NCBI GenBank assembly: GCA_964463045.1
Contig: CAYXAU010000018.1
Span: 4,443 to 68,442 of the forward strand
Length of the DNA: 64,000 nucleotides
Direction: 5' to 3'
From: an uncultured Candidatus Sumerlaeota bacterium
GTDB lineage: Bacteria > Sumerlaeota > Sumerlaeia > MVZB01 > JAJFLK01
Below are positions 37,682-46,280 of the stretch, one piece after another. Position 1 is the first letter of the stretch; each line of letters opens with the position of its first letter. Below the pieces are notes generated by a model. That model was given only the letters and a program-made list of their open reading frames with translations. It did not search any database and was not told the origin of the DNA. The position numbers were made by a program, and so were the translations under genes.

Positions 37682-38815
37682 TCAAGCGGCCTCGGGGATT
37701 TCGCGGTAAAGCGTGTCGCGCCGGACGGGGATACGCCCGGCTTCGAGGATCAACTTGCGCAATTCCTTGACGGAGAGGCCCTGGGGCGTGGTCGCGCCGG
37801 CCATATGGTAGATCGTTTCTTCGACGACGGTGCCGTCGAGGTCGTTGGCGCCGAAATGCTGAGCGATCTGGGCGATCTTCGTGCCGACCATGATCCAGTA
37901 GGATTTGATATGGGCGAAGTTATCCAGCATGAGACGGCCAACGGCGATCATGCGCAGGTCGGTGGCGCCGCTCGGTTTCGGCAGCTCGCTCATGGCCGTG
38001 TTCTCCGGATGAAACGCCAGGGGGATAAAAACCTGAAATCCGCCGGTCTCGTCCTGAAGATCGCGGAGCTGGATCAGGTGATCCACCCGGTCCTCGATCG
38101 TCTCCTTGTGGCCATAAAGCAAGGTGGTATTGGACTTAAGGCCGAGCCGATGGGCGATGCGATGGATGTTGAGCCAGCCCTTGCCGGTGAGCTTCTCGCC
38201 GCAGACCTCGCGGCGGCTGCTCGGCGTCAGCACCTCGGCGCCGCCGCCGGGGAGCGAACCCAAGCCCGCCTCGATCAAATCCTCCAGCACGGCGCGGACG
38301 TGCTTGCCGGAGATCTTGGAGAGATAGGCGATCTCGACGGCGGTGAAGGCCTTGAGGTGCACGTGCGGCAGGCGCGCCTTCAAACCCCGCAGCATCTCCA
38401 GGTAATAGGCATACGGGAGGTCCGGATGCAGACCGCCGACGATGTGAAGCTCATCGCCGCCGGGGGGCATCTCCTCGACGGCCTTGTTGAAGATTTGTTC
38501 CAAGGAATAAGTCCAGGCGCCCGGGGAATCCGCCGTGGGACGATAGAAGGCGCAAAACCGGCAGGTGTTGACGCAAACGTTCGAATAATTGATGTGGCGA
38601 TTGATGTTGTAGTAGGTCTTGTTGCCGTGGCGCGCCTCGCGCACGCGGTTGGCCAGGGCCCCGAGACCCAGGAGGTCCGGCGTCCGGAAAAGCATGAGGC
38701 CGTCCTCGGCCGAGAGCCGCCGCCCTTCCTCCACCTTGGCGGCGATCGCCTCCAACTCGGGATCGGCAAATCCCTCCAGGCCGCAGGCGGCTGGCTCCGG
38801 GCACGGCTTATCCAT
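37682..38815 (-). CDS. radical SAM enzyme, MqnC/MqnE family paralog
   Basis: NYSNVCVNTCRFCAFYR; start set at internal ATG 38815 (upstream 290 codons of ORF are low-complexity). Confidence 0.7.
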   Translation of the reverse strand: MDKPCPEPAACGLEGFADPELEAIAAKVEEGRRLSAEDGLMLFRTPDLLGLGALANRVREARHGNKTYYNINRHINYSNVCVNTCRFCAFYRPTADSPGAWTYSLEQIFNKAVEEMPPGGDELHIVGGLHPDLPYAYYLEMLRGLKARLPHVHLKAFTAVEIAYLSKISGKHVRAVLEDLIEAGLGSLPGGGAEVLTPSSRREVCGEKLTGKGWLNIHRIAHRLGLKSNTTLLYGHKETIEDRVDHLIQLRDLQDETGGFQVFIPLAFHPENTAMSELPKPSGATDLRMIAVGRLMLDNFAHIKSYWIMVGTKIAQIAQHFGANDLDGTVVEETIYHMAGATTPQGLSVKELRKLILEAGRIPVRRDTLYREIPEAA

Positions 38816-39058
38816 GGCGCCTTTCAGCTTACCGGAGGCTTCCCGAACCGTCAAACCCCGGCGGCCGCGAAGGCCCTGTGGGTCAGCCCGGCTGAATTCG
38901 GCTGTCAAGGCTCCCACGCGAAACCAATTCAGATCGGCCCCCGCAGAGCCTATGATACAAAGGGGTGAGCTTGCTCCCTGATCCGGGCCGGCGCTCGAGG
39001 CGGGACGGGCCGGCGGCTCGACGCAAGGCAGCTCAAGACAAGACGACGAAGACCTCTT

Positions 39059-39913
39059 ATGGAAATTCGAACGATCGGCGTCGTCGGCCTGGGTCAGATG
39101 GGGCAAGGGATCGCTCAGGTGGCGGCCCAGAGCGGCTATCAGGTCCTCGCTCACGACGCCAACCCGGAGCTGACGCGGGCGGGCCTCAAGCGACTGGAAA
39201 GCTCGCTGGCGCGGCTCGTGCAGCGTGGGGTGCTGGACGAGCCGACGCAGGCGGGGATCGTCGAGCGGGTGCGCGGGGCCGAAAGGCTGGAGGCGCTGGC
39301 CGCAAGCGACGTGGTCATCGAAGCCGTCGTCGAGAGCGAGCCGCTCAAGCTCGGCCTTTTCCGTCAGCTTGACGGCGTTTGCCCGCGGGAGACGATCCTC
39401 GCCAGCAACACCTCCTCGATCTCGATCACCAAAATCTGCGCGGCCACGCGTCGGCCCGACCGGGTCATGGGGATGCACTTCATGAACCCGGTTCCCCGGA
39501 TGGAGCTTATCGAGTTGATCCGAGGGCTGCCGACCTCCGACGCCACGTTCGAGACGATCCGAGGCCTGGGGGAGAGTCTCGGGAAGAAAACCGTCACGGT
39601 GCGGGATTTCCCCGGCTTTATCGTCAACCGCATCCTCTTGCCGATGATCAACGAGGCGATCTATTGCGTTTATGAGGGGATCGGCTCGATCGAGCACATC
39701 GATCAGGCGATGAAGCTCGGGACGAACCAGCCGATGGGACCGCTGGCGCTGGCCGACCTGATCGGCCTCGACACGTGCCTGGCCATCATGGAAGTGCTCC
39801 AGCGCGAGACGGGCGACTCCAAATACCGCCCCTGCCCGCTGTTGCGTAAATACGTCGAAGCCGGTTATTTCGGCCGCAAGACCGGCAAGGGCTTTTACGA
39901 ATACACGGCTTGA
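39059..39913 (+). CDS. 3-hydroxybutyryl-CoA / 3-hydroxyacyl-CoA dehydrogenase
   Basis: [16 protein letters not shown] Rossmann motif and HFMNP(V)P region. Confidence 0.85.
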   Translation: MEIRTIGVVGLGQMGQGIAQVAAQSGYQVLAHDANPELTRAGLKRLESSLARLVQRGVLDEPTQAGIVERVRGAERLEALAASDVVIEAVVESEPLKLGLFRQLDGVCPRETILASNTSSISITKICAATRRPDRVMGMHFMNPVPRMELIELIRGLPTSDATFETIRGLGESLGKKTVTVRDFPGFIVNRILLPMINEAIYCVYEGIGSIEHIDQAMKLGTNQPMGPLALADLIGLDTCLAIMEVLQRETGDSKYRPCPLLRKYVEAGYFGRKTGKGFYEYTA

Positions 39914-39942
39914 AGCGGCGAGGCCGGCGCAGCCATGAGCGG

Positions 39943-40365
39943 TCAGGCCGTGTCGGCTTCGTCGATGGCCTGGTTGGCGAGCCGATCGGCTTCGACGTTT
40001 CGGCTTCGTGGGATGTGTTTGAGCTGGAAGGTCAGGAACCGGTGGCGCAAGGCTTGAGCTTGCTCGGCCAGCCGGGCGAGCCGGCCGTTGCGGATACGGT
40101 AAATGCCGTTGAGCTGATTGGCCATCAGCAGGCTATCGGTGAAAAGGACGACGTGGTGGACGCGGCCGCGGACGCAATGATCGAGGGCCAGCAGGAGGGC
40201 TCGGTACTCGGCCTCGTTATTGGTGGCTCGGCCCAACGCAATGGAGGCTTCGAAGAGGACGCGGCCGTGGGCGTCCTTGAGGACAAAACCCGCACCGGCG
40301 GGGCCGGGGTTCCCCTTGGCGCATCCGTCGGTAAAAATCTGAACAGTGTCGGGATAGCCGGCCAT
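39943..40365 (-). CDS. rnhA: ribonuclease HI
   Basis: VQIFTDGCAKGNPGPAGAGFVL, TNNEAEYRALLLAL, FTDS motifs (DEDD catalytic residues). Confidence 0.85.
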   Translation of the reverse strand: MAGYPDTVQIFTDGCAKGNPGPAGAGFVLKDAHGRVLFEASIALGRATNNEAEYRALLLALDHCVRGRVHHVVLFTDSLLMANQLNGIYRIRNGRLARLAEQAQALRHRFLTFQLKHIPRSRNVEADRLANQAIDEADTA

Positions 40366-40418
40366 GTCGCCAACGCCCGAGGCCGCCCGCCGGACTGCTG
40401 GACCCCTTGGGTACCCGA

Positions 40419-41546
40419 TCATCCCGCCCGCCGCACCCCGACGCTTGCGGTGAGCCCGACAATCAAAAAGCAGGTCAGCATAAATGATCCTCCGGACGAA
40501 AGAAAGGGCAAAGGGAGGCCGGCGACCGGCAGGAGCCCCATCGCCATGCCGACGTTGAGAAAAAGGTGAACGCCGAGCACGGTCGCCAGGCCGGTGATCA
40601 GCAGCGCCCCATAGAGATCAACGCTCCGGGCGGCCAGTCGCACCATGCGCGCCAACAGGGCCAGATAGGCCAGAAACAACGCCAGACATCCGATCAGGCC
40701 GAACTGTTCGCCAAAGGCCGGCAGGATGAAATCGGTGCGATACTCCGGCAGGAAGCGCAGGCTCGTTTGCGTTCCCTGCCCCCATCCCTTGCCCAGAATC
40801 TGACCGGAACCGAGGGCGGTCCTGGCCTGGACGACGTTGTAATCGCGACCCTGGAAATCCTCGCCCAGCCGCAAATAGGACCGAATGCGCTCTTTCTGAT
40901 ACTCGGCCAGATGCGGATAGCTCAGGGCGGCGCCCGCGAGCGCGAGCGCGGCGTAGAGAGCGAACACGCGCTTGCGCAAGCCGGCGACCCAGAACATTGC
41001 GAAAACGGGGGGGAAATAGACGAGCGCCGTCCCCAGGTCCGGCTGGCGGATGATGAGCGCCGCCGGCAGCGCCGCCAGACCCAACGGCGCGAGCGTGTGG
41101 TGGAATCGCCGCAGCGTGAGAGCGCGCCGTTCGAGGTAAACGGCCAGCGCCAGCACGACGACGATCTTGCCAAACTCCGAAGGCTGGCCCTGGAACCGAA
41201 ACCCGCCGAGCTCAAGGACGTACCATGAGGCGGCCCCATGGATGCGTCGGCCCTGAATGAGGAGACCGAGCAGAGCCGCCATCAGAAGCGGATACAGAAG
41301 GACCGTCCACCGGCGCGTCGCCCGATAATCGAAGGCGATCGCCGTGGCCATCGCGGCGACGCCGAGGCCCATCCAGAGGAGCTGCCTTCGCACCTCGTGG
41401 CCGGGAGGCCCGATCCGCCCCTCGACGGCGGCCGTCCCCCACAGCGTAAAGATGCCGACGACGGCCAGGCCGATCGCCGTCAGCATGAGCGGGATATCCA
41501 GGTTGAGCCAGAAAGAGGGCGGCGGCCGGAAGCGTAGGTGGGGCAT
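40419..41546 (-). CDS. SEDS-family peptidoglycan glycosyltransferase (FtsW/RodA/SpoVE)
   Basis: 10 TM helices and conserved SEDS loops. Confidence 0.8.
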   Translation of the reverse strand: MPHLRFRPPPSFWLNLDIPLMLTAIGLAVVGIFTLWGTAAVEGRIGPPGHEVRRQLLWMGLGVAAMATAIAFDYRATRRWTVLLYPLLMAALLGLLIQGRRIHGAASWYVLELGGFRFQGQPSEFGKIVVVLALAVYLERRALTLRRFHHTLAPLGLAALPAALIIRQPDLGTALVYFPPVFAMFWVAGLRKRVFALYAALALAGAALSYPHLAEYQKERIRSYLRLGEDFQGRDYNVVQARTALGSGQILGKGWGQGTQTSLRFLPEYRTDFILPAFGEQFGLIGCLALFLAYLALLARMVRLAARSVDLYGALLITGLATVLGVHLFLNVGMAMGLLPVAGLPLPFLSSGGSFMLTCFLIVGLTASVGVRRAG

Positions 41547-41549
41547 GAC

Positions 41550-43931
41550 TCAAGCCGGCTGAAAGGCCCCGACGACGGCGGGAAAGTCGATTTCGGCATC
41601 CTCGGCCTGACGCACAAGGCGCTGATACAGGTCGGCCGCCGCCCGCGGCGCCGAGCGGGCCGCGCGCCACTCGGTGGATTGAAGCAGCAGGGGGACCAAT
41701 TCCGGATCGAAGGAAGCCCCGGCCTCGGCCGAGAGGATCTCCAGGGCGCGCTCCAGCGATCGGGCGGGCCGATAAGGCCGCGCCGAGAGGATCGCATCCA
41801 GGCTGTCAGCCAGCTTGAGCACGCGAGCTCCGAGCGGAATCGTCTGACCCAGCAATCCGTGCGGATAGCCGGGAAAGGGGCCGGTGGTCAGGCCGTCGTA
41901 GCGCTCGTGATGATGCCGGATGAGCGGTCGGACCTCCTCCAGGTGAGGAATGTCCTGGAGGAATTCCTCGCCGAGGATGGCGTGACGCTGCACGGCCTTG
42001 TACTCGGCCGGATTAAGCGGACCGGGCCGCTGCAGAAGCTCGGCGGGCAGGGAAGCTTTGCCGAGGTCGTGCAGAAGCGCGGCCAGAGCGATGGCTCGCC
42101 ATTCCGTCGGGCCCAAATTGAGGCTGGAGGCCAGGAACAGCGCCAGATAGGCCACGCGGCGGGCGTGGTCGGGATAAAAGGGCTCCCGCTTATCGAGGTT
42201 GGCCAGCAGGTTGGCGATCACGAAATCGACGGCGTCGGAGCGGCTGCCGGGCAGGCCGAGAAGCGCCTCCAGGACCTGGCGTTTGCGCCGTTCGGCTTTG
42301 TGACGGTACATGGAACGATCGGCGTCGGGGAGCAGCGTGGCGATCGTCGAGGCGTCAGCCGAGCGGAGCCCCATGCTGATGTCGATGATCATGCGTTCGT
42401 CGGTCTGGGCGCGGTTGCGCTCGCGGAAGGCCCGATCGATGCGGTCACGGACGGGACGTGCCTGATCGGAGCTGGTGTTGACCATCAGCACGACGAACTC
42501 ATCGCCCCCCCAGCGGACGACGATATCCGGCTCGCGGACATGAGAACGGATCAGGCCGGCGGCCTCGCGGAGGATGAGATCGCCGAAGAGATGACCATAG
42601 GCGTCGTTGGTCTTCTTGAAATCGCAGAGGTCGATCATGAGGAGGCTGATGGGGCTGTTATATCGCCGGACGCGGGGGATCTCGACTTCCAGGATACGGT
42701 CGAGAAAGGCCCGGTTGTAAAGGCCGGTCAGCGAATCGGTCTCGGCCCGCTGTTCGACCTCGGCGCGCTGGCGCAAGTTCTCGATGGCGGCGCCGGCCAG
42801 CCGGACGAAGATCTGAAAGGCCTCCGGAAAAACGAACGCGTCTTCCGCTCGCGGACGGTCGGCGTAAATCAACCCCAACGGCCTCAGGCCGACCTTGAGC
42901 GGGGCCAGGACCGCCCGCCGGGCCGTGGCTTGCCCTCCCCAGTGGCGCAGGCCGGGCAACGGCGCCGCCTCGCGGCCGGCGTAAAGGATTCGGCCGGCGT
43001 CGATCAGGCGATCCAGACCGTCGGAGGCGTCGCCCAAGGGGATTGAAAAGGGCACGAGCGCGCTCTCAAAACCCTGCCGGACTTCGGTCTTGAGAGCGTC
43101 CTCGCCCTCCTGCATCAGGCCGACGTAAATCCGACCGAAGCCGAAGATGGCCTCCAGCACCTCCGAGAGGTAATCCATCAGGCGCGGGCGAGAGGAGGCC
43201 AGAAGCGCCGGAAGCATCAGCTCATGGACGTACTCGACGAGTTCGTTGCGACGGCGGCCAAGTTCGCACTCCACGAGCGGGGCCGCCTTCCAAGCCAGGC
43301 TTTGGGTCAGGTCTTTTATACGGGAAAGCACGGCCTGACCGGGCGGGTGGCTCAACGTCGCCAGCCGAAGGTAAAACCCGAACTCCCCCGCTTCCGGAAC
43401 GCGGACGCAGGCGGCGATCGCCCCGGCCGAGGGTCCCGTCGGCGGCAACCCCCCCGAAGCTTCAAAATCCAAAAGATGGTGGAGGGGGACCTGAGTAGAG
43501 AGGGCCGCGGGGGCGACGTTCACCAGGCGGTCCCAGGCCGGCAGCGTTCCCATGGCCCGGAAGGGTCGTTCAAGGTTCTGCATCGAGCGGTTGTAGACGA
43601 GGACATAGCCCCCCTGACTCCCCGTGCCCAGGATCACGTCCAAGGAAGCGATGGGGGCGACGTCCGCCAGCAACCGCTGAAGCCCGTCGCGGGCCTCGGC
43701 TTCGAGGCCCGCGAAGGAGCGGGGTCGGCCCGGCGGGTTGAAGGCCGGGGAGGATTCAGGCCACGATTGAGGCGGCCACGAGACGGGCTGCGACGCGAAG
43801 CCCGGGGCGGCGGTCACGGTCAAACCCTCAAACCTCCCGGCGGGGCCGGGAGGCCGCGGCGAACCAAGGAAACGGCGAAGGACGAACGGCTTTCGATCGT
43901 CAAAAAAGACTTGCGCCCCCCGGATCGGCAA
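41550..43931 (-). CDS. tandem GAF-like sensor + GGDEF diguanylate cyclase + HD-GYP phosphodiesterase
   Basis: RWGGDEFVVLM (GGDEF), HDLGK and HHHERYDG (HD-GYP) motifs. Confidence 0.75.
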   Translation of the reverse strand: MPIRGAQVFFDDRKPFVLRRFLGSPRPPGPAGRFEGLTVTAAPGFASQPVSWPPQSWPESSPAFNPPGRPRSFAGLEAEARDGLQRLLADVAPIASLDVILGTGSQGGYVLVYNRSMQNLERPFRAMGTLPAWDRLVNVAPAALSTQVPLHHLLDFEASGGLPPTGPSAGAIAACVRVPEAGEFGFYLRLATLSHPPGQAVLSRIKDLTQSLAWKAAPLVECELGRRRNELVEYVHELMLPALLASSRPRLMDYLSEVLEAIFGFGRIYVGLMQEGEDALKTEVRQGFESALVPFSIPLGDASDGLDRLIDAGRILYAGREAAPLPGLRHWGGQATARRAVLAPLKVGLRPLGLIYADRPRAEDAFVFPEAFQIFVRLAGAAIENLRQRAEVEQRAETDSLTGLYNRAFLDRILEVEIPRVRRYNSPISLLMIDLCDFKKTNDAYGHLFGDLILREAAGLIRSHVREPDIVVRWGGDEFVVLMVNTSSDQARPVRDRIDRAFRERNRAQTDERMIIDISMGLRSADASTIATLLPDADRSMYRHKAERRKRQVLEALLGLPGSRSDAVDFVIANLLANLDKREPFYPDHARRVAYLALFLASSLNLGPTEWRAIALAALLHDLGKASLPAELLQRPGPLNPAEYKAVQRHAILGEEFLQDIPHLEEVRPLIRHHHERYDGLTTGPFPGYPHGLLGQTIPLGARVLKLADSLDAILSARPYRPARSLERALEILSAEAGASFDPELVPLLLQSTEWRAARSAPRAAADLYQRLVRQAEDAEIDFPAVVGAFQPA

Positions 43932-44022
43932 TCTATAGACATAAACACAGGGAGCTGAGAATCAAGCGTTTTCGACGTGGATGGAGTCCGCCCGGGAGGG
44001 TAGTCGGGGCCGCTGAGCGCCG

Positions 44023-44352
44023 ATGATCAAAATCGACATCGTCAAGCAGGTGGCTCAACACCTGAAGATCAAGGACGCCGACGCCTTGGCCGTCGTGGAC
44101 GCCGTCATCGAAAGCATGAAAGAGGCCATCTGCGAGCACGAGCGGCTGGAGATTCGCGACTTCGGCGTCTTCCAGACCAAGCTCCGCAAACCCCGCGTCG
44201 GGCGCAACCCCCGCAACCGGCGCGAGTATCCGATCCCACCTCGCCGCGTCGTCACGTTCAAGCTCGGCAAGGAACTGAAGGACTTCTCGGTTCGGCGCTC
44301 AGGACCGTCGAAGATCATCGATGAAGGGCCCGCCGACGCTTCCGAAGCCTGA
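44023..44352 (+). CDS. HU/IHF family DNA-binding protein
   Basis: MIKIDIVKQVAQHL...RDFGVFQTKLRKPRVGRNPRNRREY arm typical of HU/IHF. Confidence 0.85.
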   Translation: MIKIDIVKQVAQHLKIKDADALAVVDAVIESMKEAICEHERLEIRDFGVFQTKLRKPRVGRNPRNRREYPIPPRRVVTFKLGKELKDFSVRRSGPSKIIDEGPADASEA

Positions 44353-44400
44353 AAGCGCGGACGCGGCGCTCGGTCGCCTCACGTCGACGTTCCTCAAAAC

Positions 44401-45966
44401 TCACTCGTAATAAGGCGAGGGGATGCGGCGGAAGCTCATGCTGGAATCCAGGATGTAGTCGTCGGCCGTCCCTTCGACCGCGTCCGGACCGTCCGAAGTC
44501 AGCAGCCGCGCCGAGACCTGATAGCGATAAGGGCCTCCCCAAGGGTCCGTCAAGTCCTGGTCTCGAAGGAGGCCGGCTTCGACCAACTGAGCGGGATCGC
44601 CGACCCGACGGCCGCCGCCGGCTTCGAATTGGATGAGGGCGGCCATGACGTCGCGCATGCGGCTCAGGTTTTGCTGCTGCGTCTGTTCGGCGAGGACCTG
44701 CTTGTTTTTATTGGCCCCCGGGTTCAGGAAGGCGAAGACCTCGCGAAGACGGCTGCCGGTGCTGCCGGCCTCCGGTCCGAAAACGGCGTAAGCGAAATAC
44801 ATCCCCCCGGCGAGCACGATGAGCGTCAGCAGCATGAAGCCCAAGAGACGCCCGCTCCGACGCGCCTGGCGCTCGTCGGCCCCGACGTAGCCCCCCCTCA
44901 TGTGGATTTCGGCGGGCGTCGGGCGCGAGAGGGTCCCGCCGCTGGGCTGGCCGGTGATGCGGCGGAGGTCCTCGTCGTCCGGGGGAGCCGGCTCGCCCCC
45001 GGCGGCCCGCCCGCCGCCGTACGGCAGCGACGGGCCCTTGGCCATGAGCGCCAGGCGGGCCTCGCGGACGTCGGCGAGCAGGTCGGCGTAACTCTGATAG
45101 CGGGAGGCGGGGTCCTTGGCCATCATGTGCGTAATCATATCACAGATGTCCTCCGGGATGAGGGGATCGATCAGGCGCGGCCGCGGCAGGGGGGCTTGGG
45201 CATGCTTGAGCATGAGGGCCGCGGGGGTGCGCGCCTCGAAGGGGGCCTGACCGGCGAAAAGATGATAGAAGGTCGCTCCCAATGAGTAAATGTCGGCTCG
45301 GAAATCGGCCCCATGACCCAGAGCGATTTCAGGCGACATATAGCGGGGCGTCCCCAGCGAGGCTCGCTCCTGGGTGATATTCTCATCCTCATGGATCGCC
45401 TTTGCCAAGCCAAAATCGACGATCCGGAGATTCCCCTCAAGGTCGATGATGAGATTGCTCGGCTTCAGATCCCGATGAATGATGTGGTGTTTCCAGGCTT
45501 CGTCCAGCGCTTCGGCGGCCTGCCCCAGCCACTTCAGGCCCGCCGACCAATCTCGCCAGGGCCGCTCGGCCGCGATGACGGCCTGAAGCGTCCGCCCCGG
45601 AACGAGGTCGCATACGATGTAGGGGCGTTCGTCCGCTCCCACCCCGACGTCACGCAGCCGGGCCACGTAGGGGGATCGAATCCGTTCCAGGGCCGCGACC
45701 TCGCGACGTATCCGGGCCAGGGCGTCCGGATCGGTCCCGGGGTCGATCTCCAGGAGCTTGAGCGCCACAGGCTCCCCCGACGTGACATCGACCGCTTCAA
45801 AGACCACGGAGCAAGCCCCCCGCCCCAGCAGCCCCCCCAGTCGATAGCGACCGCCGACCATTGACCCCGCCATGCGAAGGAGGGCGGGTTCCCCGCTGGG
45901 AGGCCGGGTGGGCAGCTCCGGAGGGCTGGAGGCGCCGAGCGTAACATCAAGCCGCGATCCAACCAT
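44401..45966 (-). CDS. Ser/Thr protein kinase with TM helix and C-terminal extracytoplasmic GspG-like pseudopilin domain
   Basis: GRGACSVVFEAVD, HRDLKPSNLII, DFGLAK kinase motifs; C-terminal DPWGGPYRYQ...GTADDY matches GspG DPWGNxY...GADG tail. Confidence 0.8.
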   Translation of the reverse strand: MVGSRLDVTLGASSPPELPTRPPSGEPALLRMAGSMVGGRYRLGGLLGRGACSVVFEAVDVTSGEPVALKLLEIDPGTDPDALARIRREVAALERIRSPYVARLRDVGVGADERPYIVCDLVPGRTLQAVIAAERPWRDWSAGLKWLGQAAEALDEAWKHHIIHRDLKPSNLIIDLEGNLRIVDFGLAKAIHEDENITQERASLGTPRYMSPEIALGHGADFRADIYSLGATFYHLFAGQAPFEARTPAALMLKHAQAPLPRPRLIDPLIPEDICDMITHMMAKDPASRYQSYADLLADVREARLALMAKGPSLPYGGGRAAGGEPAPPDDEDLRRITGQPSGGTLSRPTPAEIHMRGGYVGADERQARRSGRLLGFMLLTLIVLAGGMYFAYAVFGPEAGSTGSRLREVFAFLNPGANKNKQVLAEQTQQQNLSRMRDVMAALIQFEAGGGRRVGDPAQLVEAGLLRDQDLTDPWGGPYRYQVSARLLTSDGPDAVEGTADDYILDSSMSFRRIPSPYYE

Positions 45967-46280
45967 GGGCGGAGGTCTTCCTTGCCGTCCCTCGACAGGG
46001 GGGCGAGGGAGGCTGCCAGCGCGTGATTCGGGTGCCGATCAAGGCCGGCCCCAGACCGGCGGCCGGTCGGCGCCGGCTCCGGACCGCGCTCCAACCTTGC
46101 TTCCGGAAAATGCTAACAGCCCCACGCGGGCCGGGGAAGCCCCTCGGACGGGGGGAACCGCCCAGGGGAGCGAACGCCGAGACCGCGGAGAATCAGGGAC
46201 GGAGGGGAAAAAAGAATCGGGGAAGCGGCCTTTGGGAGGTCCGCTTCCCCGATGGGGGTCCGGTTAGACCCGGGTCAGGA

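Noticed and set aside
36520-38815. CofG/CofH (F420 FO synthase) identity for the two radical SAM paralogs
   Set aside because: Both carry CxxxCxFC (Mqn-type) rather than the CxxxCxYC of CofG; no other F420 genes seen in window
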